Shown in pieces: positions 17,947 to 25,783 of a DNA stretch of 64,000 nt; position 1 is the first letter of the stretch, and the number at the start of each line of letters is the position of its first letter. The notes under the pieces were generated by a model. It made no database searches. It saw only the letters and a program-made list of their open reading frames with translations, and had not been told where the DNA came from. The DNA lies in the NCBI GenBank assembly GCA_024654535.1, contig JANLHL010000016.1:96626-160625 (forward strand), given 5' to 3'. Both the position numbers and the translations under genes were made by a program. Source of the stretch: Candidatus Roizmanbacteria bacterium (lineage in GTDB: Bacteria; Patescibacteriota; Microgenomatia; UBA1406).

Positions 17947-18417
17947 ATGAGCAATATTATATTTAGAAAATACCAAAACAAAGACAAAGAGCAAGTTAAA
18001 AAAGTAGTATTGTCAGCTATGCAAGATATACGCCCAGGATATAGCTTAGACAGTGAAGAAAGAAATAGAGATTTAGACGATATCCAAAAGCAGTATAAAG
18101 ACAAAGGAATATTTTGGGTTGCAGTAGACAAGGGAACTGTTATAGGTACAGTTGGGATACTAGAAGATAGTAATAATATTGTATGGCTAAAACGTCTATT
18201 TTTATTAAATACATATCGAAATAAAGGCATCGGTAAAACTTTACTGTATATAGCACTTGAGCATTGTAGTAATTCACAAATAAGAAAAATTCGCGCAGTA
18301 ACATCTATACATGCGGCAATTGCAGAAAAAATGTTACAAAAAAATGGTTTTAAATTGTATAAAAGAGAAAAAGATTTACTATTTTATGAAAAAAAGTTAA
18401 ATAAGTTTTTTGTATAA
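17947..18417 (+). CDS. GNAT family N-acetyltransferase
   Basis: 'YRNKGIGKTLLYIALEH' acetyl-CoA motif. 156 aa. Confidence 0.85.
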   Translation: MSNIIFRKYQNKDKEQVKKVVLSAMQDIRPGYSLDSEERNRDLDDIQKQYKDKGIFWVAVDKGTVIGTVGILEDSNNIVWLKRLFLLNTYRNKGIGKTLLYIALEHCSNSQIRKIRAVTSIHAAIAEKMLQKNGFKLYKREKDLLFYEKKLNKFFV

Positions 18418-18442
18418 TCTCCTCATGAAACCAGGAATTGAC
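18412..18442 (+). repeat. left copy of perfect 31-bp direct repeat (Nudix promoter + first 6 codons)
   Basis: GTATAATCTCCTCATGAAACCAGGAATTGAC is identical to 20797-20827. Here it opens only an 11-codon ORF (MKPGIDEYSVT*). Confidence 0.85.
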
Positions 18443-18497
18443 GAATATTCAGTTACATGAAGGAATATTTACTGGATTCGCGCACTATATAGAAAAT

Positions 18498-18527
18498 AGT
18501 TCTAACTTCTTCTACCCTCTGCGGCCA
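18498..18527 (+). repeat. partial copy (site C) of the tRNA-Gln 3'-end-like repeat
   Basis: 'AGTTCTAACTTCTTCTACCCTCTGCGGCCA' vs 14708-14737 'GATTCTAACTTCTTCTACTTTCTGCAGCCA', about 25/30 by eye. Confidence 0.5.
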
Positions 18528-18605
18528 TTATTGTTTAGATCGTTACAATATTCTTCCTCAAAAACATGGGTTGCGGATGTTCGAACGCTCTTATATAATT
18601 TCATT

Positions 18606-19496
18606 ATGGTTCAAGTTCCTACTCTTAAATTTACTTCAGGTCGTCAAATTCCAGTACTGGGCTTAGGTACATGGCTTATTGGAGGAGACCACAATGGAAG
18701 GAATCCTCAAAATGACGACGAAGGACAAATCAGAAGCTTAAAATATGCAATAGATAATGGCTTTACTTTTATTAGAACCGCTCATAATTATGCTGATGGA
18801 TATTGTGAAGAACTTGTAGGAAGAGCAATTGAATCATATGATCGTAGTAAGCTATTTTTAGCATCTGCCGCTAATCAGAAATGGGCATACGACAAGGAGA
18901 CTTTAATTAAAGTAGCAAAGGGTAGTCTAAAAAGTCTGAAAACTGATTACTTTGATCTATTCATGATTGGTGCGGTTAACCCTAACTATTCCATAAAGCC
19001 AATTCTTGACGGATTAATTTACCTTCAAGATCGCGGATTAGCTAGAGATATTGGAGTAAGTAATTATCGTCTACCCGAACTCAAGGCCGCATATGAATAT
19101 CTTGGTAAGAAGTTAGTCTATAGTGAAATGCATTATAATCTTATAATCCGTGAGCCTGAACTTAGTGGAACTTTGGATTATTGTAAAAAAAATAATATTA
19201 TTCTTAGTGCGTATCGTCCACTTCAGTTGGGGCAACTTTCTAAGCCAGGTATCGTTCTACTTGATCAGATGGTTAAAAAATATAGTAAATCTCAATCACA
19301 AATAGCTCTTAAATGGCTCCTGCAAAAAGATGGTGTAATTACAATGACGAAGGCTCTAAATACTAAACATATTATCGAAGACCTCGATCTATTTGGCTGG
19401 AATCTCGAGAAAGAAGATATTAAAAAATTAGATAAGGATTTCCCAATTCAAATAAGGCTTAGCGACTGTTCAGAACCAAGAGAATTTAAATTTTAA
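18606..19496 (+). CDS. aldo/keto reductase family oxidoreductase
   Basis: Start at 'MVQVPTLKFTSGRQIPVLGLGTW', the typical AKR N-terminus. The upstream TTG-extended part of the ORF covers repeat scars and is rejected. Confidence 0.85.
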   Translation: MVQVPTLKFTSGRQIPVLGLGTWLIGGDHNGRNPQNDDEGQIRSLKYAIDNGFTFIRTAHNYADGYCEELVGRAIESYDRSKLFLASAANQKWAYDKETLIKVAKGSLKSLKTDYFDLFMIGAVNPNYSIKPILDGLIYLQDRGLARDIGVSNYRLPELKAAYEYLGKKLVYSEMHYNLIIREPELSGTLDYCKKNNIILSAYRPLQLGQLSKPGIVLLDQMVKKYSKSQSQIALKWLLQKDGVITMTKALNTKHIIEDLDLFGWNLEKEDIKKLDKDFPIQIRLSDCSEPREFKF

Positions 19497-19498
19497 TA

Positions 19499-20029
19499 CT
19501 AGTTTAGAACTTTATATTTCAATACTATTGTACCCCGACTATTTAGTCTTTTCATGCTCTTAAGTTGTAGTTGTATTTTAAGTTCGGCTTCATCAATAAA
19601 CGAAACTCCACTACCAAAGATGAGAGGTTCTACCGTAAGGTGTATTTCATTTACCAATTCTTCTTGTAAGAATTGAAAGTTAGTTGTACTTCCTCCTACT
19701 AGTAACATCTGTGAGTAGCCTTCATCGTTTAATTCTTTTACAAGATTTTTTGGAGTCTTGCTCATGAATTCTAGCTGCCCTGGCACTTCGTCCGATATAT
19801 AGTTATGTGGGTCTTTAGTCAATACAATCCTGCGCTGATTTTTGTTTAAACGAATAATATTTTTTGCAGCTTCATATGTCTTTCTTCCCATAACGATTAA
19901 ACTACTTTTACTGATATATTTCATAAATGCCGATTTATCCTCTTTCGATGTCCATTTATATATATCAGGGTCATTGGTATCCGTTATCTTCCCATTCATC
20001 GTACTTACCATCATGATAATTATTTTCAT
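19499..20029 (-). CDS. dihydrofolate reductase-like / RibD C-terminal domain reductase
   Basis: 'IMMVSTMNGKIT...SSLIVMGRKTYEA...LLVGGSTTNFQFL' is the typical RibD_C/DHFR-fold layout. It lies 1 nt downstream of the yhhQ-like gene. Confidence 0.75.
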   Translation of the reverse strand: MKIIIMMVSTMNGKITDTNDPDIYKWTSKEDKSAFMKYISKSSLIVMGRKTYEAAKNIIRLNKNQRRIVLTKDPHNYISDEVPGQLEFMSKTPKNLVKELNDEGYSQMLLVGGSTTNFQFLQEELVNEIHLTVEPLIFGSGVSFIDEAELKIQLQLKSMKRLNSRGTIVLKYKVLN

Positions 20030-20030
20030 A

Positions 20031-20693
20031 TTATGTGTCTTTCCTTAACCATTTAACTCCTAAATAAACAAATGGAGTTTCTATTACAGACAAAATACAT
20101 TTAAGAAACCAGTAGGGCAGAATAAGCCCAATTAAAAAAGTAGAATTCGAATGGAAAGGAATGCTCAAATCATAGAAAGCGAGAGACATAAATATAAATG
20201 TGTCTAAAAATTGAGAAATAATATTTGAAACATTATTTCTAAACCACAATGCTTTGCTTCCAAATTTATTTCTAATCTTTACAAAAATCAAAACGTCCAT
20301 AAGATCAGCTATCCCAAATGCTGTTAGACTAGCTATGGCGATACGTGTCGATTGCTTAAATATGAGATCGTACGCATCTTCACTCTTTAGAAAACGAGTA
20401 GATGGGGTAAGTGTAGTAAAAAAAAATGAAAATAGAGATAACAAGAAAATCATAACTAACCCAGACCTAACAATACTTCTTGTTTTTTCTGCTCCGTATA
20501 CCTCAGTTATTACGTCATTAATAGTAAATACTAATGGCAGTAAAAATATCGATACGCTCGCGTTGAGTTTTATAAATGGTGTGTTCAGTAATGAGAATGT
20601 CTTTACACCCATAACCTCAGACGCAAGAATACAAAAAATGTATAAAGAAATAAGAAAATCTAACTTATTTATAGCTAAACTTTTAATTTTCAT
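20031..20693 (-). CDS. yhhQ: queuosine-precursor transporter (YhhQ/DUF165, VUT family)
   Basis: Polytopic protein with 'LVFTINDVITEVYGAEKTR', matching the conserved YhhQ motif. Confidence 0.8.
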   Translation of the reverse strand: MKIKSLAINKLDFLISLYIFCILASEVMGVKTFSLLNTPFIKLNASVSIFLLPLVFTINDVITEVYGAEKTRSIVRSGLVMIFLLSLFSFFFTTLTPSTRFLKSEDAYDLIFKQSTRIAIASLTAFGIADLMDVLIFVKIRNKFGSKALWFRNNVSNIISQFLDTFIFMSLAFYDLSIPFHSNSTFLIGLILPYWFLKCILSVIETPFVYLGVKWLRKDT

Positions 20694-20796
20694 TATGTTA
20701 TGTATTTGTAATATATGAGCATACTTTATAAGTAAAATTCGCGCAAAAAATCATGGTGGATAGTATAGCAATTCACAAAACTTTTATACATATTAG

Positions 20797-20827
20797 GTAT
20801 AATCTCCTCATGAAACCAGGAATTGAC
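20797..20827 (+). repeat. right copy of perfect 31-bp direct repeat
   Basis: Contains TATAAT (20798-20803) and the real Nudix start ATG at 20810. Confidence 0.85.
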
Positions 20828-21247
20828 TACATTGGCATTTCGGTTGGAGCAATGATATTTAATGATGAGAATGAACTCTTTCTTACAAAAAGAGGCGAGC
20901 ACGTCACTAATGAGCGTGGTTGTTGGGAAATTCCGGGCGGTAAAGTCGAGTTTGGAGAAACATTACAACAGGCAATCAAACGAGAAATACAAGAAGAATA
21001 TGGCGTTGCTATAGAACTTATTCAACAATTTCCTGCTGCTAATCATCTGATCCCAAATGAAAAGCAACATTGGGTACCAACAACCTTTCTTGCACAGTTT
21101 AAGAATAGTCAAAAGCCAAAAATACTTGAGCCTGATAAATGCGATGGAATAGGGTGGTTTCCACTCAATAAATTACCAACACCTCTTTCCATTATTACCA
21201 AAATAGACATAGAATACTATCAGTATGTATTAAAACCAATTAAATAA
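20810..21247 (+). CDS. NUDIX hydrolase
   Basis: Nudix box 'GGKVEFGETLQQAIKREIQEEYG'. Start set at MKPGIDYIG, 6 nt after TATAAT. Confidence 0.8.
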   Translation: MKPGIDYIGISVGAMIFNDENELFLTKRGEHVTNERGCWEIPGGKVEFGETLQQAIKREIQEEYGVAIELIQQFPAANHLIPNEKQHWVPTTFLAQFKNSQKPKILEPDKCDGIGWFPLNKLPTPLSIITKIDIEYYQYVLKPIK

Positions 21248-21270
21248 GTTTTTACAAAAATGCTCCAATC

Positions 21271-21897
21271 ATGAAATACTATCTATCTTCATACAGACTT
21301 GGAAACGAAACAAATATGTTAGAAAAACTCATAGCTGAGACATCTGGTAAATTTGCGTACATTCCCAACGCTCTCGATTTCACCAGTGCAGATCCTATTC
21401 GCAGGGAAAAGCATATCTCTAGTGACATGAGCGATTTTGAGAGTCATGGCGCATCGATAGAGCTACTTGACCTGAAGAAGTACTTTGGAGATATGGATAA
21501 ACTGAAAAACACACTCAGTAACTATGGTGGGGTTTATGTGAGCGGTGGTAATACGTTTGTGCTTCGACAGGCAATGAAGTTGAGTGGTCTCGATAAGATA
21601 CTATTGGAACTTGCAGACAAATCGAACTTTCTCTATGTTGCATATAGCGCAGGAGTCTGCGTACTCACTCCATCGTTAAAACCATACGCAATTACAGATG
21701 ACGCTAACAATTTTCCGTATAAGCAGATGAATGAGCAAGTGTGGGATGGGCTCAATATCCTCAGTTTTGCTTTCGAACCGCATTACCAATCAGAACACCC
21801 AGAATCGGCAAGCACCGATAAAGAAATACAACATTGTATAGATAGCAAAATTCTGTTTAAAGCCTATCGAGATGGAGAAGTGTTGATAAAGGAGTGA
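21271..21897 (+). CDS. peptidase S51 family (dipeptidase E-like)
   Basis: 'VYVSGGNTFVLRQAM' and the nucleophile context 'VAYSAGVCVL' are typical of S51. Confidence 0.75.
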   Translation: MKYYLSSYRLGNETNMLEKLIAETSGKFAYIPNALDFTSADPIRREKHISSDMSDFESHGASIELLDLKKYFGDMDKLKNTLSNYGGVYVSGGNTFVLRQAMKLSGLDKILLELADKSNFLYVAYSAGVCVLTPSLKPYAITDDANNFPYKQMNEQVWDGLNILSFAFEPHYQSEHPESASTDKEIQHCIDSKILFKAYRDGEVLIKE

Positions 21898-21930
21898 CAC
21901 TGATACATTAGAATTGTACTTAAATATTAT

Positions 21931-22575
21931 TTATTGACTACAACTCTGCACGGCCTTACTGGCTGCACTAAGACAGTAACGACTATCTGCCCCAAATACA
22001 TTATTACTAATATCTATACCCGTGGACCCAGCTACTGCACATGTCTGAGTTTGCATTGATGCAGTACTAACCCCATCACACGCTGGAACATTACCAATAT
22101 CCCACGGCAATCTACCACAATCTATTACAACATTAATAGGGACTCTAGGCTGTAAACCCCTACATGAATTTCCACCTGAAGAGCTCGGCTGAGATGCTGC
22201 AGGTTGCTGAAAGACAGGTACCTGAGTAGGCATGGGTTGCGGGGTATTTGTAGGGTACACCGGTTGTGGTTCATCTTGCTGAGGATAGTTTTCAGTGCGT
22301 GAGGGAGGATTCCCAACATCAAAAGTAGGCATTTCTATTTTACTTGCAAAACCTACGAGCGCAGCTATCCCAAGAATGGCTCCAATAGAGCCAAACATAA
22401 CAAGCATCACTGCTAAATAGCTCGATCCAGATTCATTTTTAAACAATTCTAAAACACGAGACTGCAATGCATTTTTGTCATTAGACTCGCCAGTAACATC
22501 ACTTTCGGAGAATCCCAGTTCGCCCATCTGTACCTGTTGATTTAAATAGTTCAGAAGCTGTGACGTTTCATGCAT
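21931..22575 (-). CDS. hypothetical membrane-anchored protein with Pro/Gln-rich linker and Cys-rich C-terminal domain
   Basis: One TM segment (SYLAVMLVMFGSIGAILGIAALVGF) and a P/Q-rich stretch. Multiple Cys residues occur in the last ~90 aa. Confidence 0.45.
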   Translation of the reverse strand: MHETSQLLNYLNQQVQMGELGFSESDVTGESNDKNALQSRVLELFKNESGSSYLAVMLVMFGSIGAILGIAALVGFASKIEMPTFDVGNPPSRTENYPQQDEPQPVYPTNTPQPMPTQVPVFQQPAASQPSSSGGNSCRGLQPRVPINVVIDCGRLPWDIGNVPACDGVSTASMQTQTCAVAGSTGIDISNNVFGADSRYCLSAASKAVQSCSQ

Positions 22576-22666
22576 ATTTGTCTATATAATATATAGAATG
22601 TACTATAGTATATCACAAATGCTATGGTTTATACATACTTAGTGTGTAATATGTATATTATAAGCA

Positions 22667-24913
22667 CTATATATTCAAAGTACGTTTTAAGTATACACCA
22701 GTGTACGAACTAGCTGTACGCGCTATTTGTATAGGCGTTCCTTGTGCAACTATAGTTCCACCTTTTTCTCCTCCCTCCGGGCCAAGGTCTATTACCCAAT
22801 CAGCATTCTTAATGAGATCTAAGTTGTGTTCAATGATAAGCACCGTGTTGCCATTATCGACCAACCTATTCAATAGTCTCAATAACTTTTCGATGTCCGC
22901 AAAGTGAAGGCCCGATGTTGGCTCATCTAAAATATAAAATTCGCCTTTCGCCTGAAGCTTGCTTGCAAGTTTTAGTCGTTGCGACTCACCACCTGACAAC
23001 GTATCGAGTGTCTGTCCCATTTCTATATAGTCTAGACCAACCTCTTCAAGTAGGCTCATTGGCTTCTGTATATCAGCTGAATCAAAAAATTGCTTCATTT
23101 CCGATGCTGTCATAGCAAGTACTTCAACAATATTCTTACCTTTGTAGCTATATCTCAATACCTTCTCTTTATATCGAGAGCCGCCACAACTTTCACATTT
23201 TATTTTTACATCTCCCAAAAAATTCATGTCCATATCAATATAACCTACGCCTTTGCAAAGCTCACACCCACCATGACTGTTGAAACTAAATAAACTTGGA
23301 TGTAGCCCATGCTCATGAGCAAAAAGAGTACGTATATAGTCAAATATACCAACATAGGTAGCTATACAACCCCTCCTGTTGGCACCAATTATTGATTGAT
23401 CAATCAATACAATTTTATTTGCATGTTGGCTTTTTATCTCTTCAACCAATGAGCTCTTACCTGAACCAGACACGCCTGTAAGGGCAACTAATACTCCCGT
23501 TGGTATCGACACATCTATGTTCTTTAAATTATGTCGCGTTGCTCCAGTGACAGTCAACGAACTGCTCACGCGCCTATACTTTTCTTTAGTACCCATACAC
23601 TTACTTTTGTTGAGATAGGTACCAGTGAGAGAGTGTTCATGTACTATAAGTTCATCTATGGTACAGCTTGCAACAATCTGTCCACCATGTTTACCACCAC
23701 CAGGTCCTACCTCTACGATATGATCTGCACTGCGTATGACTGTCTCATCATGTTCAACAACAATAACTGTGTTGCCATTGTTTCGAAGTCTCTGTAGGTT
23801 CGCTACAACATGCGAAACGTCTCGCGGGTGAAGCCCAGCGGTCGGTTCATCGAGCACGTATACCGTCTCGATAAGATCACAACTTAACTGGCGAGCCATT
23901 TTTACTCTCTGTGCTTCACCGCCCGAAAGAGTGTCAGCCGACCTATTTAGTGACAAATATCCCACACCAACATTAATTAAGCCTTGCAGTTGATCTATCA
24001 GTCGAGGCTTTATCGCCTGCGCATTTTTATGATCAATACTTTTTATGAATGCGAGACATTGTTCAAGTGGCATATTGGCAACTTCCCCTATATTTTTTCC
24101 CTGTAGACGAACATCGAGTGACTTGCTATTCAACCTACCTCCGTGACATTCTAAACAATCAACAAGGTCAAAGTAGCGCATATCATTTTCAGACAAGCTC
24201 CGATGAGTATTGTTGTTGCGATGGATGATACGATGTACCACGCCCTGAAACGTCCAACGGTCTATGAACTCGCCACTTACTGACTGCAACATTTCAGGAG
24301 GAGCATATAGTATCTTCTCTATTTCTTCAGCATCATAATCGCATAGCTTTTTATTCATATCAAAATATCCTGTCGCTTTTACAATACTCCACTGTCGGCC
24401 ACCCACATACCAGTCGCTGGGAAGTATGGCGCCTTCATTAAGACTTTTATCCTTATCTATTACTTTACTTTCATTTACTTCTACCGCACGCCCTAAGCCT
24501 TTACATTTTTTGCATGCACCATAGGGATGGTTAAATGAGTAGTATGATGAATCCATAGAAGGCAAGCCAACACGCGAGTAGAGAAGTCGCAAATATGTGT
24601 ACGCCTCTGTCAACGTCCCGACAGTTGAACGCGGATTACCGCGCACTCTGTCTTGACTAATCACTATGGACGCTGATACCCCTTTAATTTCATCAACCAG
24701 TGGCCGATTGCTTTTATGAAGATACCGTCGAGCATAAGAGGGGAGCGATTCAAAATACTGCCTCTCACCCTCTCGTGCAATAATATCAAACGCTATAGTC
24801 GACTTACCAGAACCAGAGACACCAACAAAGCAGACTACTTTGTTCCTTGGAATTACCAAGTCTATATTTTTGAGATTATTTTCTTTTGCTCCTCGTATGA
24901 CAATGGTGTTCAT
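22667..24913 (-). CDS. UvrA-like ABC ATPase lacking the UvrB-binding domain (UvrA paralog, class II/III type)
   Basis: Two ABC modules: Walker A 'GVSGSGKST' twice, and signatures 'LSGGEAQR' and 'LSGGESQR'. 'LLYSRVG' runs almost directly into 'YSFNHPYGACKKCKGLG', so the ~115-aa UvrB-interaction insert of canonical UvrA is absent. 748 aa. Confidence 0.85.
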   Translation of the reverse strand: MNTIVIRGAKENNLKNIDLVIPRNKVVCFVGVSGSGKSTIAFDIIAREGERQYFESLPSYARRYLHKSNRPLVDEIKGVSASIVISQDRVRGNPRSTVGTLTEAYTYLRLLYSRVGLPSMDSSYYSFNHPYGACKKCKGLGRAVEVNESKVIDKDKSLNEGAILPSDWYVGGRQWSIVKATGYFDMNKKLCDYDAEEIEKILYAPPEMLQSVSGEFIDRWTFQGVVHRIIHRNNNTHRSLSENDMRYFDLVDCLECHGGRLNSKSLDVRLQGKNIGEVANMPLEQCLAFIKSIDHKNAQAIKPRLIDQLQGLINVGVGYLSLNRSADTLSGGEAQRVKMARQLSCDLIETVYVLDEPTAGLHPRDVSHVVANLQRLRNNGNTVIVVEHDETVIRSADHIVEVGPGGGKHGGQIVASCTIDELIVHEHSLTGTYLNKSKCMGTKEKYRRVSSSLTVTGATRHNLKNIDVSIPTGVLVALTGVSGSGKSSLVEEIKSQHANKIVLIDQSIIGANRRGCIATYVGIFDYIRTLFAHEHGLHPSLFSFNSHGGCELCKGVGYIDMDMNFLGDVKIKCESCGGSRYKEKVLRYSYKGKNIVEVLAMTASEMKQFFDSADIQKPMSLLEEVGLDYIEMGQTLDTLSGGESQRLKLASKLQAKGEFYILDEPTSGLHFADIEKLLRLLNRLVDNGNTVLIIEHNLDLIKNADWVIDLGPEGGEKGGTIVAQGTPIQIARTASSYTGVYLKRTLNI

Positions 24914-24917
24914 AAAT

Positions 24918-24972
24918 TTGACAATTAATATGTAGTTGCATATAATAAACTATTACGTTACGTCATTGTCAA
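24918..24972. promoter_or_regulatory. overlapping divergent promoters with MerR-type 19-bp spacer and operator dyad
   Basis: Plus strand: TTGACA(24918-24923)-17 nt-TATAAT(24941-24946) toward the merR-like gene. Minus strand: TTGACA(24972-24967)-19 nt-TATTAT(24947-24942) toward the uvrA-like gene. The imperfect dyad ATTACGT-T-ACGTCAT (24952-24966) lies inside the 19-bp spacer. Confidence 0.55.
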
Positions 24973-24978
24973 GCGCAT

Positions 24979-25776
24979 ATGAAAAACTATATAACAGTGG
25001 GTGAGTTTGCAAAACTTGCTTCAACAACAAAGAGAACTATCCAATTTTATGACGAAAAAGGAGTACTAAAACCTATAAAAAGAGATGGAACGAACTATAG
25101 ATACTACCTTGAAGACCAGATCCTCGATTTTCAACGGATACTCCTTTTGTCTAACCTCGGCGTATCGCTAGACGAGATGAAACTGTTTCTCAAAAGAAGA
25201 GGTAATTTATCATCTCTCTTTAACAAGAAAAAAGGTCTTATTCAGAATGAAATACAATTACTTCAATTTAACTTAAATAGTCTAACTATGTTCGAAAAGA
25301 ACCTAACATTAAACGGGACTATGATACAGCCTGTAACTAGAAATCTGAAACCATTTAGTCTTTACTACATAGATAAACTTGGATCGTATGCAAAGATAGG
25401 GGAGTATTGTGAAGAACTGTATACCATGTTTGAAAACAGAGGTGAGAACTTTACAACCCTAGCAATTTTTGAGGAACAAGGGTATCGCCCAAAGAAAAGC
25501 AGAATAAAAATTGGCGCATTAGCAACAAAAAACATGAAGGTAAAGAAGGAATATACATCTGTCGTTAACTATATGAAGTTCAAGCCAGGAAAATTTCTTA
25601 CCTATACCCACAATGGATCCGGCAATTTACTTTCACTCTTTTGGAAAGAACTTGAAAAGTATGCAAAGCTGCATACTATAAAAATCAGAGAAAATGTGGC
25701 CGACTTTGAAATTTATCGCAAAGTAAACAGTGACGTAACGAAGCAATTTTTTGAGATATATTTACCAATTGAATAA
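24979..25776 (+). CDS. MerR family transcriptional regulator with C-terminal GyrI-like ligand-binding domain
   Basis: 'ITVGEFAKLASTTKRTIQFYDEKGVLKP...RYY' is the MerR HTH, followed by a coiled-coil. The ~150-aa C-terminal domain ends 'FFEIYLPIE', as in GyrI-like/BmrR-type effector domains. Confidence 0.85.
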   Translation: MKNYITVGEFAKLASTTKRTIQFYDEKGVLKPIKRDGTNYRYYLEDQILDFQRILLLSNLGVSLDEMKLFLKRRGNLSSLFNKKKGLIQNEIQLLQFNLNSLTMFEKNLTLNGTMIQPVTRNLKPFSLYYIDKLGSYAKIGEYCEELYTMFENRGENFTTLAIFEEQGYRPKKSRIKIGALATKNMKVKKEYTSVVNYMKFKPGKFLTYTHNGSGNLLSLFWKELEKYAKLHTIKIRENVADFEIYRKVNSDVTKQFFEIYLPIE

Positions 25777-25783
25777 GACATGC

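Noticed and set aside
18438-18605. TTG-initiated 56-aa extension of the aldo/keto reductase ORF
   Set aside because: The extension starts inside the 31-bp repeat and runs across the site C repeat scar. The AKR family N-terminus begins at MVQVPTLKF (18606).
20254-20718. 154-aa plus-strand ORF antisense to the yhhQ-like gene (with similar antisense ORFs at 45747-46166 in ruvB, 39611-40048 and 10513-10905)
   Set aside because: These overlap strongly supported genes on the other strand and have low-complexity, motif-free translations. They are treated as shadow ORFs.
20694-20752. Possible preQ1 riboswitch upstream of the yhhQ-like transporter
   Set aside because: The minus-strand upstream sequence lacks the short stem plus the A-rich ...AAAAAACTA tail characteristic of preQ1-I, and the space (59 nt) contains only promoter-like AT-rich sequence.
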